From IMG/VR virus record IMGVR_UViG_3300029516_000012: 40,916 bases of DNA. One strand, written 5' to 3'. The translations under genes and the position numbers were made by a program. Shown here in pieces: positions 31,321 to 39,903 of this stretch (position 1 is its first letter; each line of letters opens with the position of its first letter). The notes under the pieces are model-generated. The model saw only the letters and a program-made list of their open reading frames with translations, did no database searches and was not told the DNA's origin. Source of the DNA: a virus.

Positions 31321-31356
31321 AACCGCTGCTCTTGTAGCATTCCTGGGACGGTATTT

Positions 31357-31794
31357 TTATTGCTTTTCTAGTTTGACTGTTGTCGTAGTCCCTAGTGCAG
31401 AAATCTCATAGCTAATCTGTCCATCCTCATAAGTAAATGTCTTGATATTGTCCCCGGACGCTAAAAGGGCAGTAGAAGTTTTCTCTGTATCATTTTCAGA
31501 ATCCCAAGAATACGGCTCATCCTCATTTGTTGGTGCGGTATATGTTCCAGCCCAATACAGAGACTTGGTATCACCATTATCAGAAACCCAATACACGGTA
31601 ATTGCGCTTTCGTCAATAGTTGCAGACTGCCAAGAGTCTTCAGAGTTGCTATTTACCTGCTTCCACTCTCCAGTGAGGTCAGGAATCATGGGTTCAGCAG
31701 CCGCTCCGGGGGTTCCAGCAGACGTATCCCCTCCACATGCTACAAGAGATACACACATGATACTTGCGATTCCTAATCCAATTAGCTTTTTCAT
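31357..31794 (-). CDS. Prophage lipoprotein (candidate superinfection-exclusion or surface factor)
   Basis: MKKLIGLGIASIMCVSLVACGG is a signal peptide plus L-V-A-C lipobox. The ATG sits 7 nt after AAGGAGG. Confidence 0.8.
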   Translation of the reverse strand: MKKLIGLGIASIMCVSLVACGGDTSAGTPGAAAEPMIPDLTGEWKQVNSNSEDSWQSATIDESAITVYWVSDNGDTKSLYWAGTYTAPTNEDEPYSWDSENDTEKTSTALLASGDNIKTFTYEDGQISYEISALGTTTTVKLEKQ

Positions 31795-32240
31795 TTTACA
31801 TCCTCCTTATATTTACCGCCCACCCGGCGGCTGGATCACTAAAAATACAATTCTGCTACTAGATTGCCATTCTGTGGCAATGATCGGTTGATGTAGCATA
31901 TCATAAGCATAGTCCAATAATCTGTTCTTTTCTAAGGGAGCAATCTATTAGTGTATAGAAAAAAGCTACCACAATTTGGTGATAACACATATTGCTTGAA
32001 TAGAACAAATGTTCTATAATGATAAGCAAGGAAAAGAAAATTCCCAGCGTCGACAAAATTTTACATAATACGAACTTTGCATACGGTATAGTACAAGCAG
32101 GCACTACAAAGTGAGAAAGTCACAAAATGGGAGGAGAGAGCAAGATGACACCGAACGAAAAAAGGCTTCCGAACTTCGAAAAACTTACTAAAGCACTAAA
32201 TGAGAGAAAATCCCCTTATCGTTCTTTGCGTACTTTGGTG

Positions 32241-32603
32241 TTAATTTGCGAACCAGCGGTCAATAGCGTCCATAATTGCGAGCAAGAATCGAAGATCTGC
32301 GTCAGTTAGATCCCTTCCCTCTGGAACAATCCCAGCAGAAACAAAGGCCGATACAACTTCATCAACAGTCAATTCCCCTTCTTCATCTTCGGATGGAGTA
32401 GGGGGATTTTCTTTTTTGTCAAGATCATCAAGGGTATATCCCATTGCATAAACAAGGCTTTTCATCGTTTCAAGTGAGGGGGTTTTTGTAATACCTGATG
32501 TTATTTTCGCAAGTGTTCCTTTTGGGACTCCTGATTTTTCGCTTAACTCATCAAGGCTCATCCCTGATGACTTTCTCATTTCATTAAAAACGTCAAGCCA
32601 CAT
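32241..32603 (-). CDS. CI-like repressor (XRE-family HTH)
   Basis: The N-terminal HTH text is SGMSLDELSEKSGVPKGTLAKITSGITKTPSLETMKSLVYAMGYTLDDL. The gene diverges from a Cro-like gene across an operator-rich region. Confidence 0.85.
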   Translation of the reverse strand: MWLDVFNEMRKSSGMSLDELSEKSGVPKGTLAKITSGITKTPSLETMKSLVYAMGYTLDDLDKKENPPTPSEDEEGELTVDEVVSAFVSAGIVPEGRDLTDADLRFLLAIMDAIDRWFAN

Positions 32604-32623
32604 TTTCCTTACCTCCTGAAAAG

Positions 32624-32652
32624 ACTATATCACAACTGTTAGAAAAGTGCAA
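32624..32652 (-). promoter_or_regulatory. Repressor-gene promoter
   Basis: The minus strand reads TTGCAC (32652-32647), a 17-nt spacer, then TATAGT (32629-32624). Confidence 0.55.
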
Positions 32653-32660
32653 GAAAAAGA

Positions 32661-32676
32661 TTTCCGAGTTCGGAAA
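32661..32676. promoter_or_regulatory. Operator O1
   Basis: TTTCCGA-GT-TCGGAAA has perfect 7-bp inverted arms and fits the TTCCG-N4-CGGAA pattern. Confidence 0.65.
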
Positions 32677-32695
32677 CAGAAATTATAAAAATAGC

Positions 32696-32724
32696 TTGAC
32701 AGATTCCGTATACGGGAATATAAT
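32696..32724 (+). promoter_or_regulatory. Consensus early promoter for the Cro-like gene, with operator O2 in its spacer
   Basis: TTGACA (32696-32701), a 17-nt spacer, then TATAAT (32719-32724). The spacer contains ATTCCGTATACGGGAAT (32703-32719). Confidence 0.8.
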
Positions 32725-32734
32725 AAAGGCAGAA

Positions 32735-32751
32735 TTTCCGCAGACGGGAAT
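32735..32751. promoter_or_regulatory. Operator O3
   Basis: TTTCCGCAGACGGGAAT has the same half-sites as O2. Confidence 0.6.
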
Positions 32752-32763
32752 GGAGGTGAGACT

Positions 32764-32985
32764 ATGGCTGCGGTTTATCCTAATTTGGCCGGAGAAATCG
32801 CCAAACGTGGTATTAAAAAGTGTGTCCTAGCAAAAGAGGCTGGAATTAGCGACCGGGTTCTTCGCAACAAGATGGCTGGGAAGGGTTCTTTTTCAATCCA
32901 AGAAGCCATTGAAATCAAGAACAAATTTTTCCCCGATTACACGGTAGATGATCTTTTCCGCCGAATCGACGATCGGGGGGCATAA
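32764..32985 (+). CDS. Cro-like HTH regulator
   Basis: 73 aa. IKKCVLAKEAGISDRVLRNKMAGKGSFSIQEAIEI. It is the first gene downstream of the consensus promoter. Confidence 0.8.
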   Translation: MAAVYPNLAGEIAKRGIKKCVLAKEAGISDRVLRNKMAGKGSFSIQEAIEIKNKFFPDYTVDDLFRRIDDRGA

Positions 32986-32991
32986 CAAAAA

Positions 32992-33016
32992 CCGACGGGA
33001 GCGTCATTCCCGTCGG
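32992..33016 (+). terminator. Stem-loop after the Cro-like gene (weak terminator candidate)
   Basis: CCGACGGGA-GCGTCAT-TCCCGTCGG is a 9-bp perfect stem, but there is no clear U-tract. Confidence 0.4.
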
Positions 33017-33343
33017 CCTCTGCCCAAATTTGTTTACCCTATGTACCTTGCAGGCTTTCACCGCTTGTAATGACGCCACAAGCTTCTTGAGGCACCAAGC
33101 CACTTTTGCGGTTTTGGTTCCGCCAATGCCTTATCGCTGACAAGCCACAAGGAGTACTTGATACGGTGGGGTATGATTACCGGCATACCACCATGGGTTT
33201 TACCTCTTCTCTGAGTGCTCCGCCGTATCAGTTGCTACATTTTACGCCAGTTTACGTGCTTTGGCAACCACTATATGCGACCTTGCAGTAAGGGAGCAGG
33301 CATAGTCAAAAGTTGGGTCAAGTCGACCAACTCCTTTCTGTGC

Positions 33344-33360
33344 CTTCCGGCATCGGAAAT
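33344..33360. promoter_or_regulatory. Distal operator-like site O4
   Basis: CTTCCG-GCAT-CGGAAAT is an exact TTCCG-N4-CGGAA match. It lies about 600 bp from O1-O3, inside an ORF-poor stretch. Confidence 0.45.
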
Positions 33361-33559
33361 ATTATACCGCAGTTGGCAGAAAAATGCAATATTAAGGCTC
33401 ACCCATAGGGAGGTGAACGTGAGCAACTAAATAAAAATGCCCCGCCGGGTGTCGGAAGCACCCAGCGAGGCGGCAAACCTAATTGAAGCGACCAATCAGG
33501 CTTGCAGGAAGATTGTACCACATCCTCCTTCAAGCCGCAATAAGAAGGAGGAAAAAAGA

Positions 33560-33727
33560 ATGTCCGATTTGACCGTAAGAGAACTAAAGCGTGATGCGGC
33601 CCGCGTCAAGCACGAAGTGGACGAGCTGGATCGGGTGGCTCACGGAATGACCTTTGATGAACTGCTCCGGTTGCTGGCCGGGCAGAAGCCAGATAGCACC
33701 AATGGAGAAAAAGAAGCCCGCCCCTGA
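33560..33727 (+). CDS. Small hypothetical protein (55 aa)
   Basis: ATG at 33560 follows AAGAAGGAGGA. The upstream part of track ORF 33437-33727 lacks an SD. Confidence 0.5.
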   Translation: MSDLTVRELKRDAARVKHEVDELDRVAHGMTFDELLRLLAGQKPDSTNGEKEARP

Positions 33728-33752
33728 CGGGGCACGAAAGGAGGTGAGCGGG

Positions 33753-33917
33753 GTGAAGATCATCATCGAAGCTGATTCGAAAGAAATTGCTGACCTCGTA
33801 CTTACACTACAAAGCCAGCGGAATCAAGATGAAATTGCTAAGAACTATACGATAGATATCTTTGGAAACAAATACCTCGATTACGAAAGTGGGGGCCGGG
33901 GATGTTCCAATGGATAG
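33753..33917 (+). CDS. Small hypothetical protein (54 aa)
   Basis: GTG at 33753 sits 8 nt after AAGGAGG, within track ORF 33654-33917. Confidence 0.45.
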   Translation: MKIIIEADSKEIADLVLTLQSQRNQDEIAKNYTIDIFGNKYLDYESGGRGCSNG

Positions 33918-34054
33918 CTTTAGCTTTTGCGGCGCTTGAAGCAGGGTACATATTTATTTGTTGGTTCTTTGATGAGGAAATAAATGCGACAACGGTTTCT
34001 GTGCTTTCCGCAATAACGATTTTTTGGATAGCAATGCATTTCCTTGTTTCATAA
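33902..34054 (+). CDS. Small two-segment hydrophobic protein (50 aa)
   Basis: Below the track cutoff. MFQWIALAFAALEAGYIFICWFF...VSVLSAITIFWIAMHFLVS. The SD is weak. Confidence 0.3.
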   Translation: MFQWIALAFAALEAGYIFICWFFDEEINATTVSVLSAITIFWIAMHFLVS

Positions 34055-34190
34055 ATTTAAGAGCACAACAAAAAGCGCCCCGGCCAGTGCACCACCACCG
34101 ACCAGGGCATGACACCACGTATCGTAGCTACGAGGTATCGGAGACAGTATATCACATCCTCCGGCCTCTGGCAAGATTGGAGGATTTTTT

Positions 34191-34385
34191 ATGACCAAAG
34201 ATGGACAGCTCAACGAGAGCAGCACGAAGCGGGAGATTGAGAACCGCTTCACCAATGCACGCCGCGTCATGGACGACCTATGCCGGGCCTATTATGGGAT
34301 GACTTGGGACGAGCATGAGCGGTTACATGGGAAGGAGGAGAACGCAAATGAACGCACAGAGCGCAATCAGCCGTGCGATTGCTGA
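34191..34385 (+). CDS. Hypothetical protein
   Basis: 64-aa ORF with its ATG after TTGGAGGA. Confidence 0.5.
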   Translation: MTKDGQLNESSTKREIENRFTNARRVMDDLCRAYYGMTWDEHERLHGKEENANERTERNQPCDC

Positions 34386-34593
34386 GAAACGGCGGCTAAT
34401 GTTTGAACGCCACGGTGGAATCATGTCCTCCACAGATGTGGCGCGGGAGGTAGGCTACTGCCCGCGGGCATCCAGCGGCGACCGCTGGGCGGCGGAGCAT
34501 GATATACCCGCAATCCGCATGGGGCCTCGCAAGCGGGGCTATGAGACAGATTTGGTGGCAAAGGCCATCGTGCAGGGGAGGGGAATGGTATGA
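34348..34593 (+). CDS. Excisionase/MerR-like (HTH_17-type) DNA-binding protein (putative)
   Basis: ATG at 34348 follows GGAAGGAGGAG. The text MSSTDVAREVGYCPRASSGDRWAAEHDIPAIRMGPRKRGYETDLVAKAI resembles the Xis-type pattern. Confidence 0.45.
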   Translation: MNAQSAISRAIAEKRRLMFERHGGIMSSTDVAREVGYCPRASSGDRWAAEHDIPAIRMGPRKRGYETDLVAKAIVQGRGMV

Positions 34594-34709
34594 GCAAGAC
34601 AAGATATGAGCGCCGCCGGGCCCGCCGGGAGGCTGTGAGTGCAGCAGTGTTTGCCGCCTGCATTGTGATAGCCTGCGGGCTGCCGAACTGGGTGGAGTGG
34701 CTACTATGA
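34590..34709 (+). CDS. Small membrane protein (39 aa)
   Basis: Below the track cutoff. The ATG follows GGGGAGGGG, and ATGA overlaps occur at both ends. An Arg-rich N-terminus precedes AAVFAACIVIACGL. Confidence 0.4.
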   Translation: MSKTRYERRRARREAVSAAVFAACIVIACGLPNWVEWLL

Positions 34710-34936
34710 ACCGCTATCTGATTACGAGCGTCGCGGCCCTGTTCCTTTTACTGGCGCTGATTGCACTAGTTGAAATCATCTGGGGCCAGGAACCGGAGCA
34801 GCCAGCCATTGAGACCCCGGCGGCAACCACCACCCCGACCCCCACGCCCACCGGCCCGCTCACCATCCAGATCACCGGCCTGGAGGGCGCGGAGAGCATC
34901 GACGATGTGTGGGCGGTCATCACTATCCCACAATGA
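34706..34936 (+). CDS. Membrane-anchored Thr/Pro-linker protein
   Basis: MNRYLITSVAALFLLLALIALVEIIW followed by PAATTTPTPTPTGP. Confidence 0.5.
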   Translation: MNRYLITSVAALFLLLALIALVEIIWGQEPEQPAIETPAATTTPTPTPTGPLTIQITGLEGAESIDDVWAVITIPQ

Positions 34937-34988
34937 AAGCGCCGCTCCCCGGTGTGCAAGACCGGAGGGCGGCAAAAAGGAGAATAGA

Positions 34989-35207
34989 ATGAAACCTATC
35001 ATCATTAAAACATATCCAGTAACGGAAAGCAAGTGTGAATTGGTGCGATTACAGAAGGATGCGAATGATGTCGTAGCTTCCCTACAAAGGTGCTCTGGAC
35101 TCACAAAGGCCTATATCGTTTCTGAAATCATTCGGCAGGCCGCTCCTTATGTGGAATTCAAGTTACAGGAGGTAACATTCAGTTATGAACCCGATACAGA
35201 ATCCTGA
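34989..35207 (+). CDS. Hypothetical protein (72 aa)
   Basis: ATG at 34989 follows AAAAAGGAGAA, within track ORF 34770-35207. The upstream part of that ORF is Pro/Arg-rich junk. Confidence 0.5.
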   Translation: MKPIIIKTYPVTESKCELVRLQKDANDVVASLQRCSGLTKAYIVSEIIRQAAPYVEFKLQEVTFSYEPDTES

Positions 35208-35400
35208 TGCGCAGGCCCGCCCTCCGGTTTCACATTGTGGACGGTGTGACGGAGAGGTTTGGAGTGACGAGCCAATCTTCCAGTGGGATGGACAATGGAT
35301 TTGTCTGGATTGTTTCAAAGATTCTATTAAGGCAATGCTGGAAGACGACCCGGTTTTGCTTGCCTATGAAATGCAGGTAGAGGTGGTGAGATATATTTGA
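35185..35400 (+). CDS. Zinc-ribbon protein
   Basis: CGRCDGEV ... CLDC, that is CxxC ... CxxC. Confidence 0.55.
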   Translation: MNPIQNPDAQARPPVSHCGRCDGEVWSDEPIFQWDGQWICLDCFKDSIKAMLEDDPVLLAYEMQVEVVRYI

Positions 35401-35633
35401 AAGCCTCTGGAAATTGCGTGACCTTTTATAAAACAGGGAAAGCAACGGTGTTGGTTCACTATCCAAATGGGGATGTTTGTTGCAGATGGTGTCCGTATGT
35501 CCGATACGACGAAAGTCTACGGCGGCACCGCTGCTTATTCACTGGTGAATACCTCCCGTTCCCGTTAGAGACACGGGGAAATGAATGCCCGGTTATTTTA
35601 GAGGAAGGAGAAACAGAATGGGGATCCCAGTGA
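35397..35633 (+). CDS. Cys-rich hypothetical protein
   Basis: 78-aa ORF with a TTG start. It contains CCRWCPY...RHRC...ECP. Confidence 0.45.
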   Translation: MKASGNCVTFYKTGKATVLVHYPNGDVCCRWCPYVRYDESLRRHRCLFTGEYLPFPLETRGNECPVILEEGETEWGSQ

Positions 35634-36253
35634 TGGTATATGGACAGAGTGGGTCAGGAAAATCTACCAGTCTGCGTAACTTTCTGACTGACGAGGTTTG
35701 TGTAGTCAATGTCAGCGGGAAACCGCTTCCATTCAAGACAAAAATCAAGACATACAACTGTGACGACTACATGAAAATCGACACAGCAATTAGGACTGCC
35801 CCTGCCAAAGCGATTGTAATTGACGACGCTACATATCTGATGACCAATGAATTTATGCGTGGAGCTAAAACGACCGGCTACCAGAAGTTCACGGATATGG
35901 CACTGAACTTTTGGACGTTGATTCAAACAGCGATCCGACTCCCCGATGACAAAGTAATTTATTTCATGGGTCATGTAGACCTTGACCAGAACGGGAACGA
36001 GAAATTCAAGACTATTGGTAAACTGCTGGACGAAAAGGTCACCCTGGAAGGGCTGTTTACTGTAGTGCTAAAGACAGTCGTAACCGACGGGAAATACCAG
36101 TTTTCCACACATACAAACGGAGCCGATACGGTCAAGTCACCAATGGGCATGTTCTCTGAAAACCTGATTGATAATGACTTGAAGATGGTTGACAGCGCAA
36201 TCCGTGATTACTGGGGCTTGTCCCCATTGAAAAATGAGGAGGAACACAAATGA
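35618..36253 (+). CDS. AAA_24-type ATPase (Sak4-like recombination/replication NTPase)
   Basis: ATG at 35618 follows GAGGAAGGAGAA. Walker A VMVYGQSGSGKST lies at the extreme N-terminus and Walker B-like AIVIDDATY follows. Confidence 0.75.
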   Translation: MGIPVMVYGQSGSGKSTSLRNFLTDEVCVVNVSGKPLPFKTKIKTYNCDDYMKIDTAIRTAPAKAIVIDDATYLMTNEFMRGAKTTGYQKFTDMALNFWTLIQTAIRLPDDKVIYFMGHVDLDQNGNEKFKTIGKLLDEKVTLEGLFTVVLKTVVTDGKYQFSTHTNGADTVKSPMGMFSENLIDNDLKMVDSAIRDYWGLSPLKNEEEHK

Positions 36254-36819
36254 GACAGTATTCTGATGTAAAGGCCGCTCCCAACAAAGCCCGTGAAATT
36301 ATCCCTGCCGGCGGATATGTGGCGAAGGTAAATGCAGCAGTAGTCGAAACTACAGATTATGGGGATCGCCTTATTATTTATTTCGATGTAATCGAGGGCG
36401 ATTACAGAGGATTCTTCCAGAAGGACTATTCTGAGCAAAACCGAGAGGACAAAAAGTGGCGCGGAATCTACCGCATGTATCTTCCCAAAGATGACGGCTC
36501 TGAAAAGGACTCCTGGAGCAAGCGGACTCTTGGAAATGTGATCTGGTCATTTGAGGCAAGCAACAATGGCTACCACTGGGATTGGAATGAATCTGTCCTG
36601 AAAGATAAGCTGATCGGTGTCCTTTTCCGAAACAAGGAGTGGGAGTACAACGGACAGACTGGTTGGACTACTGAATGCTGTGCCGTTACAGACATTGAAA
36701 GCATCCGGGCCAATAAGTATAGGACTCCCAAGGACAAGCCCTTGTCTAACAAAACGCCCGCCGGGTTCACTGACCTTTCAAATGAGGAAGATAAAGACCT
36801 TCCCTGGGTAATGAACTAA
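36250..36819 (+). CDS. DUF669-like single-strand-binding-type protein
   Basis: It sits directly after the AAA_24 ATPase, a common pairing. The acidic C-terminal tip SNEEDKDLPW resembles the SSB DDDLPF tail. Confidence 0.6.
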   Translation: MRQYSDVKAAPNKAREIIPAGGYVAKVNAAVVETTDYGDRLIIYFDVIEGDYRGFFQKDYSEQNREDKKWRGIYRMYLPKDDGSEKDSWSKRTLGNVIWSFEASNNGYHWDWNESVLKDKLIGVLFRNKEWEYNGQTGWTTECCAVTDIESIRANKYRTPKDKPLSNKTPAGFTDLSNEEDKDLPWVMN

Positions 36820-37334
36820 TGCACCCGTGCAACGTGAACGTGGCCCTCAGTAGCATGACGGTTCTAGTCGATACAAGGGAACAGGATACGCCAAGCGCCA
36901 GGCGGCGCATGAAGCAAATCGGAGTCCCGATTGAGAGGGTTGCCCTCTCTTTCGGGGATTACTCCACAAAATGCAATGTCATAGATCTGAGAGACCAAGT
37001 TGCTATTGAGCGAAAGATGGACTTAGATGAACTATGTGCTTGTTATGGAAGAGACCGCAGCAGATTTACACGGGAATTTGAACGCGCCAAAGAATCCGGA
37101 GCAAAGTTATACATGCTGGTGGAAAACGCAGATTGGGAAAAGGCGTACAAAGGAGATTACCGGAGCCGGATGTCGTCCGCGTCTTTGGTAGCCAGTATGC
37201 AAGCATGGCTTGCCCGCTACAATTGCCAGATTCTTTTCTGCGCCTCGCAGACAAGCGGGAGGCTCATTCATGACATTTTATTCCGAGAGCTGAAAGAACG
37301 GCTGGAGGCCATTCCGGATGAAGATTGCGGATGA
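36819..37334 (+). CDS. ERCC4/Mus81-type nuclease (structure-specific endonuclease / resolvase)
   Basis: VDTREQ ... FGDYS ... VAIERKMDLDEL matches the GDxn-ERKx3D ERCC4 signature. Confidence 0.7.
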   Translation: MHPCNVNVALSSMTVLVDTREQDTPSARRRMKQIGVPIERVALSFGDYSTKCNVIDLRDQVAIERKMDLDELCACYGRDRSRFTREFERAKESGAKLYMLVENADWEKAYKGDYRSRMSSASLVASMQAWLARYNCQILFCASQTSGRLIHDILFRELKERLEAIPDEDCG

Positions 37335-37890
37335 AATCAAATCTCTGGTTACGATGCAGCAGGTCGCCGAATTTTATGGTTTTCAGGTGGGGCGGTCAGG
37401 GTTTATATCCTGCCCGTTCCACACTGGGGATCATACAGCCAGCCTAAAAATCTACGATGGCATCGGAGGCTTCCATTGTTTCGGATGTGGCGCTCATGGC
37501 AGTGTAATTGATTTTGTGATGCTGCTGTTCAACTTGAACTTTCAGCAGGCCGTCCTCAGACTTAACGCGGATTTCCATCTGGGGATATCCAGCAAAAAAC
37601 CAAACAGGTCTGAACGTTCTAAAATCTTGGAGGAACGGAAAGTTGAGCAGTGGGGCAAGGAGCAAGCAGAGGCCAATTTCCAGCGAATGATTTCAGAAAT
37701 GAGATACTGGGAAGAGGCGCAGGAAGTCTTCCAACCGGTCAAAACAGTAAATCGCGCATACTTCCATCCGTTATATGTTGAGGCCGTCAAGCGCCTCCCA
37801 TACATCCGGTATTGGCTTGACGAGTTTATAGAGAAGGGAGGCAAGAAAGAGTGGAAGAAATTCCAGCTTACACAAGAGACGACTACTTGA
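37318..37890 (+). CDS. CHC2 zinc-finger protein (DnaG-primase-type zinc-binding domain)
   Basis: CPFHTGDHTASLKIY...FHCFGCGAHGSVIDFV is the CHC2 primase zinc-finger pattern. Confidence 0.8.
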   Translation: MKIADEIKSLVTMQQVAEFYGFQVGRSGFISCPFHTGDHTASLKIYDGIGGFHCFGCGAHGSVIDFVMLLFNLNFQQAVLRLNADFHLGISSKKPNRSERSKILEERKVEQWGKEQAEANFQRMISEMRYWEEAQEVFQPVKTVNRAYFHPLYVEAVKRLPYIRYWLDEFIEKGGKKEWKKFQLTQETTT

Positions 37891-39695
37891 CAAGCACAGA
37901 ACCATTTGAGTATTTATACGCCCACAAAGAAAATAAATTTGAGTTGAAGCAACTTCTTGGCCGCATGTCGGCCCAAGCGCAAACTGTTGGTGTTCGGAAT
38001 TTAGCTGCGCTGTTTAAGGCATATTTGGAGACAGTCAGCGGATCTGTAGCGCCTGGGTTCAACAGGACAGACTTTACCGGTCAAGCGTTGGAGTTAGATT
38101 GCGGTGGATGGACGGCCACAGACACCGGAATTTACGGCACCGACAAGATGGGCTTTGAGGTCGTGGCCTGCTACCACCCCATCATGCCGGTTCAGCGGTT
38201 GGTAAACGTAGATACGCGGGAGCACAAGGTTATGCTTGCATACCGGCTTAGCCGCCGGTGGGACATTGTGATTGTGGATCGCAACGTAATTTCCGACAGC
38301 CGCTCTATCATCGGACTCTCCAAGTATGGAATCATGGTCAACAGTGAGACCGGCAAGGCCCTTGTACGATATCTGGCTGATGTGGAGCAGCTCAATTATG
38401 ACCTGATCCCGGAGGTATCCAGCGTGGGGCGGCTGGGCTGGATTGAGGAATATGGCTTCTCGCCATATGAGGAAGAACTGGTCTTTGATGGAGAGGAAAC
38501 CTACCGCACTCGTTTTGAGAGCATCCAGGAGCATGGGAGCCGGGAGGCCTGGCTGGACTGCGCGAGAGCTGTCCGGTCAGGCAAAACCCCCGGCAACGTG
38601 ATCGCCCGTATCGTTCTAGCCGCTTCCTTCGCCTCTGTTCTGGTGGGACCGTGCCGTTGCCTACCATTTTTTGTACACCTGTGGGGCGGATCGGAAACCG
38701 GAAAGAGCCTGAGCCTGGTTCTGGCCGCCAGCGTGTGGGCCAATCCAGAGATCGGCGTTTACATCCAGACCTTCAACGCCACGGAGGTGGGGAAGGAACT
38801 GGGAGCGGCGTTCTGCAATTCCCTGCCCCTCATCATTGACGAGCTCCAACTGGTCAAGGACAACCGGAAGGACTTCGACCGGATGATCTATCAGTTATCA
38901 GAAGGTGTGGGACGGGCCCGTGGCCGGAAGCAGGGAGGCCTCCAAAAGACACCTACCTGGAGGAACTGCGTCATCACCACAGGCGAATTTCCCATCATTT
39001 CCGCCAATAGTGGAGAGGGGGCAGTCAACCGGACAATCGAGGTGGACTGCCACGATACCAAACTCTTTGATGAGCCGAAAAAGACCGCCACCAGCCTGTA
39101 CGCCAACTACGGCTTCGCTGGGCGGGAGTTTGTAGATCACCTGATGGAGGATGGCGTGATAGAGCGCGTCCAGAAGCTCCAGGAGGACTTACAAAAGGCC
39201 ATTAAGACCGGTGACACTATGGACAAGCAGACGGCATCTGCGGCCCTTATACTGGCCGCTGACAGGCTATCAGAGGAGTGGATCTTCCAAGATGGCGTTC
39301 TCCTTCAGCCAGACGATATCCGGCCATATCTGGTATCAAAAGAGACCGTCAACCAAAACGCCCGCGCACTGCAATACCTATATGACTTCATTAACATCAA
39401 CCAATCCAGATTCTCGCCGGGTGCGGACGCCCACCAGGGCGAAGTGTGGGGCGATCTGGACGATGATTACGCTTATATCATTCGTTCCAAATTCGACCAG
39501 ATCCTTCAAGACGAGGGTTACAATGCCTCTGCTTTTCTCGGATGGGCGAAAAACAACAACCTAATTCTTCCGGGTAAAGATGGGAAAATGACCCGAACAA
39601 AACGGATTAACGGGCGAGTTTCACGTTGTATTTGGCTCAAAATGGACAATTATTTGAATGATTTTGAGGAAAACGTAGAGGAACTATTGCCGTAA
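37851..39695 (+). CDS. Replicative P-loop NTPase / helicase (DUF927-like N-terminal region, SF3-like core)
   Basis: 614 aa. GTG start follows GGGAGG. Walker A LWGGSETGKS and Walker B PLIIDELQ. It sits adjacent to the primase zinc-finger gene and an iteron cluster. Confidence 0.7.
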   Translation: MEEIPAYTRDDYLTSTEPFEYLYAHKENKFELKQLLGRMSAQAQTVGVRNLAALFKAYLETVSGSVAPGFNRTDFTGQALELDCGGWTATDTGIYGTDKMGFEVVACYHPIMPVQRLVNVDTREHKVMLAYRLSRRWDIVIVDRNVISDSRSIIGLSKYGIMVNSETGKALVRYLADVEQLNYDLIPEVSSVGRLGWIEEYGFSPYEEELVFDGEETYRTRFESIQEHGSREAWLDCARAVRSGKTPGNVIARIVLAASFASVLVGPCRCLPFFVHLWGGSETGKSLSLVLAASVWANPEIGVYIQTFNATEVGKELGAAFCNSLPLIIDELQLVKDNRKDFDRMIYQLSEGVGRARGRKQGGLQKTPTWRNCVITTGEFPIISANSGEGAVNRTIEVDCHDTKLFDEPKKTATSLYANYGFAGREFVDHLMEDGVIERVQKLQEDLQKAIKTGDTMDKQTASAALILAADRLSEEWIFQDGVLLQPDDIRPYLVSKETVNQNARALQYLYDFININQSRFSPGADAHQGEVWGDLDDDYAYIIRSKFDQILQDEGYNASAFLGWAKNNNLILPGKDGKMTRTKRINGRVSRCIWLKMDNYLNDFEENVEELLP

Positions 39696-39711
39696 TTGGG
39701 AATTCGAAGTT

Positions 39712-39903
39712 GTAACACCGTAACACCTTGTAACACCCTTTTTGATATGTTTCTATAAAATAAAAAAATTGCGTGCGCACTTTTTTTAAAAATTCAAAGT
39801 TAAAAAATAGGTGTTACAGGTGTTACAGTCCCTCCAATCCGTTGCGGCGCAATGTTTATAGCGTAACACCAGACGTGTTACAAAACGGTTACTTAGTGTT
39901 ACA
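39712..39903. repeat. Iteron cluster flanking an AT-rich segment: candidate replication origin
   Basis: Eight copies of GTAACAC / GTGTTAC. Three are direct (39712, 39720, 39730); then comes an AT-rich stretch (39739-39809) containing the palindrome GTGCGCAC; then come inverted copies at 39810, 39819, 39875 and 39897 and a direct copy at 39863. Confidence 0.65.

Noticed and set aside
31901-32309. ORFs 31901-32104 - and 32127-32309 + in the AT-rich gap next to the repressor gene
   Set aside because: The first has no SD and is a hydrophobic, AT-biased reading. The second has a good SD (GGGAGGAG before an internal ATG at 32145) but runs antisense into the repressor gene's 3' end. I left both unannotated, although the second might be a real small ORF.
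33106-33559. ORFs 33106-33291 +, 33215-33430 + and the 5' part of 33437-33727 +
   Set aside because: They have no ribosome-binding sites and implausible sequences. The well-initiated start is at 33560.
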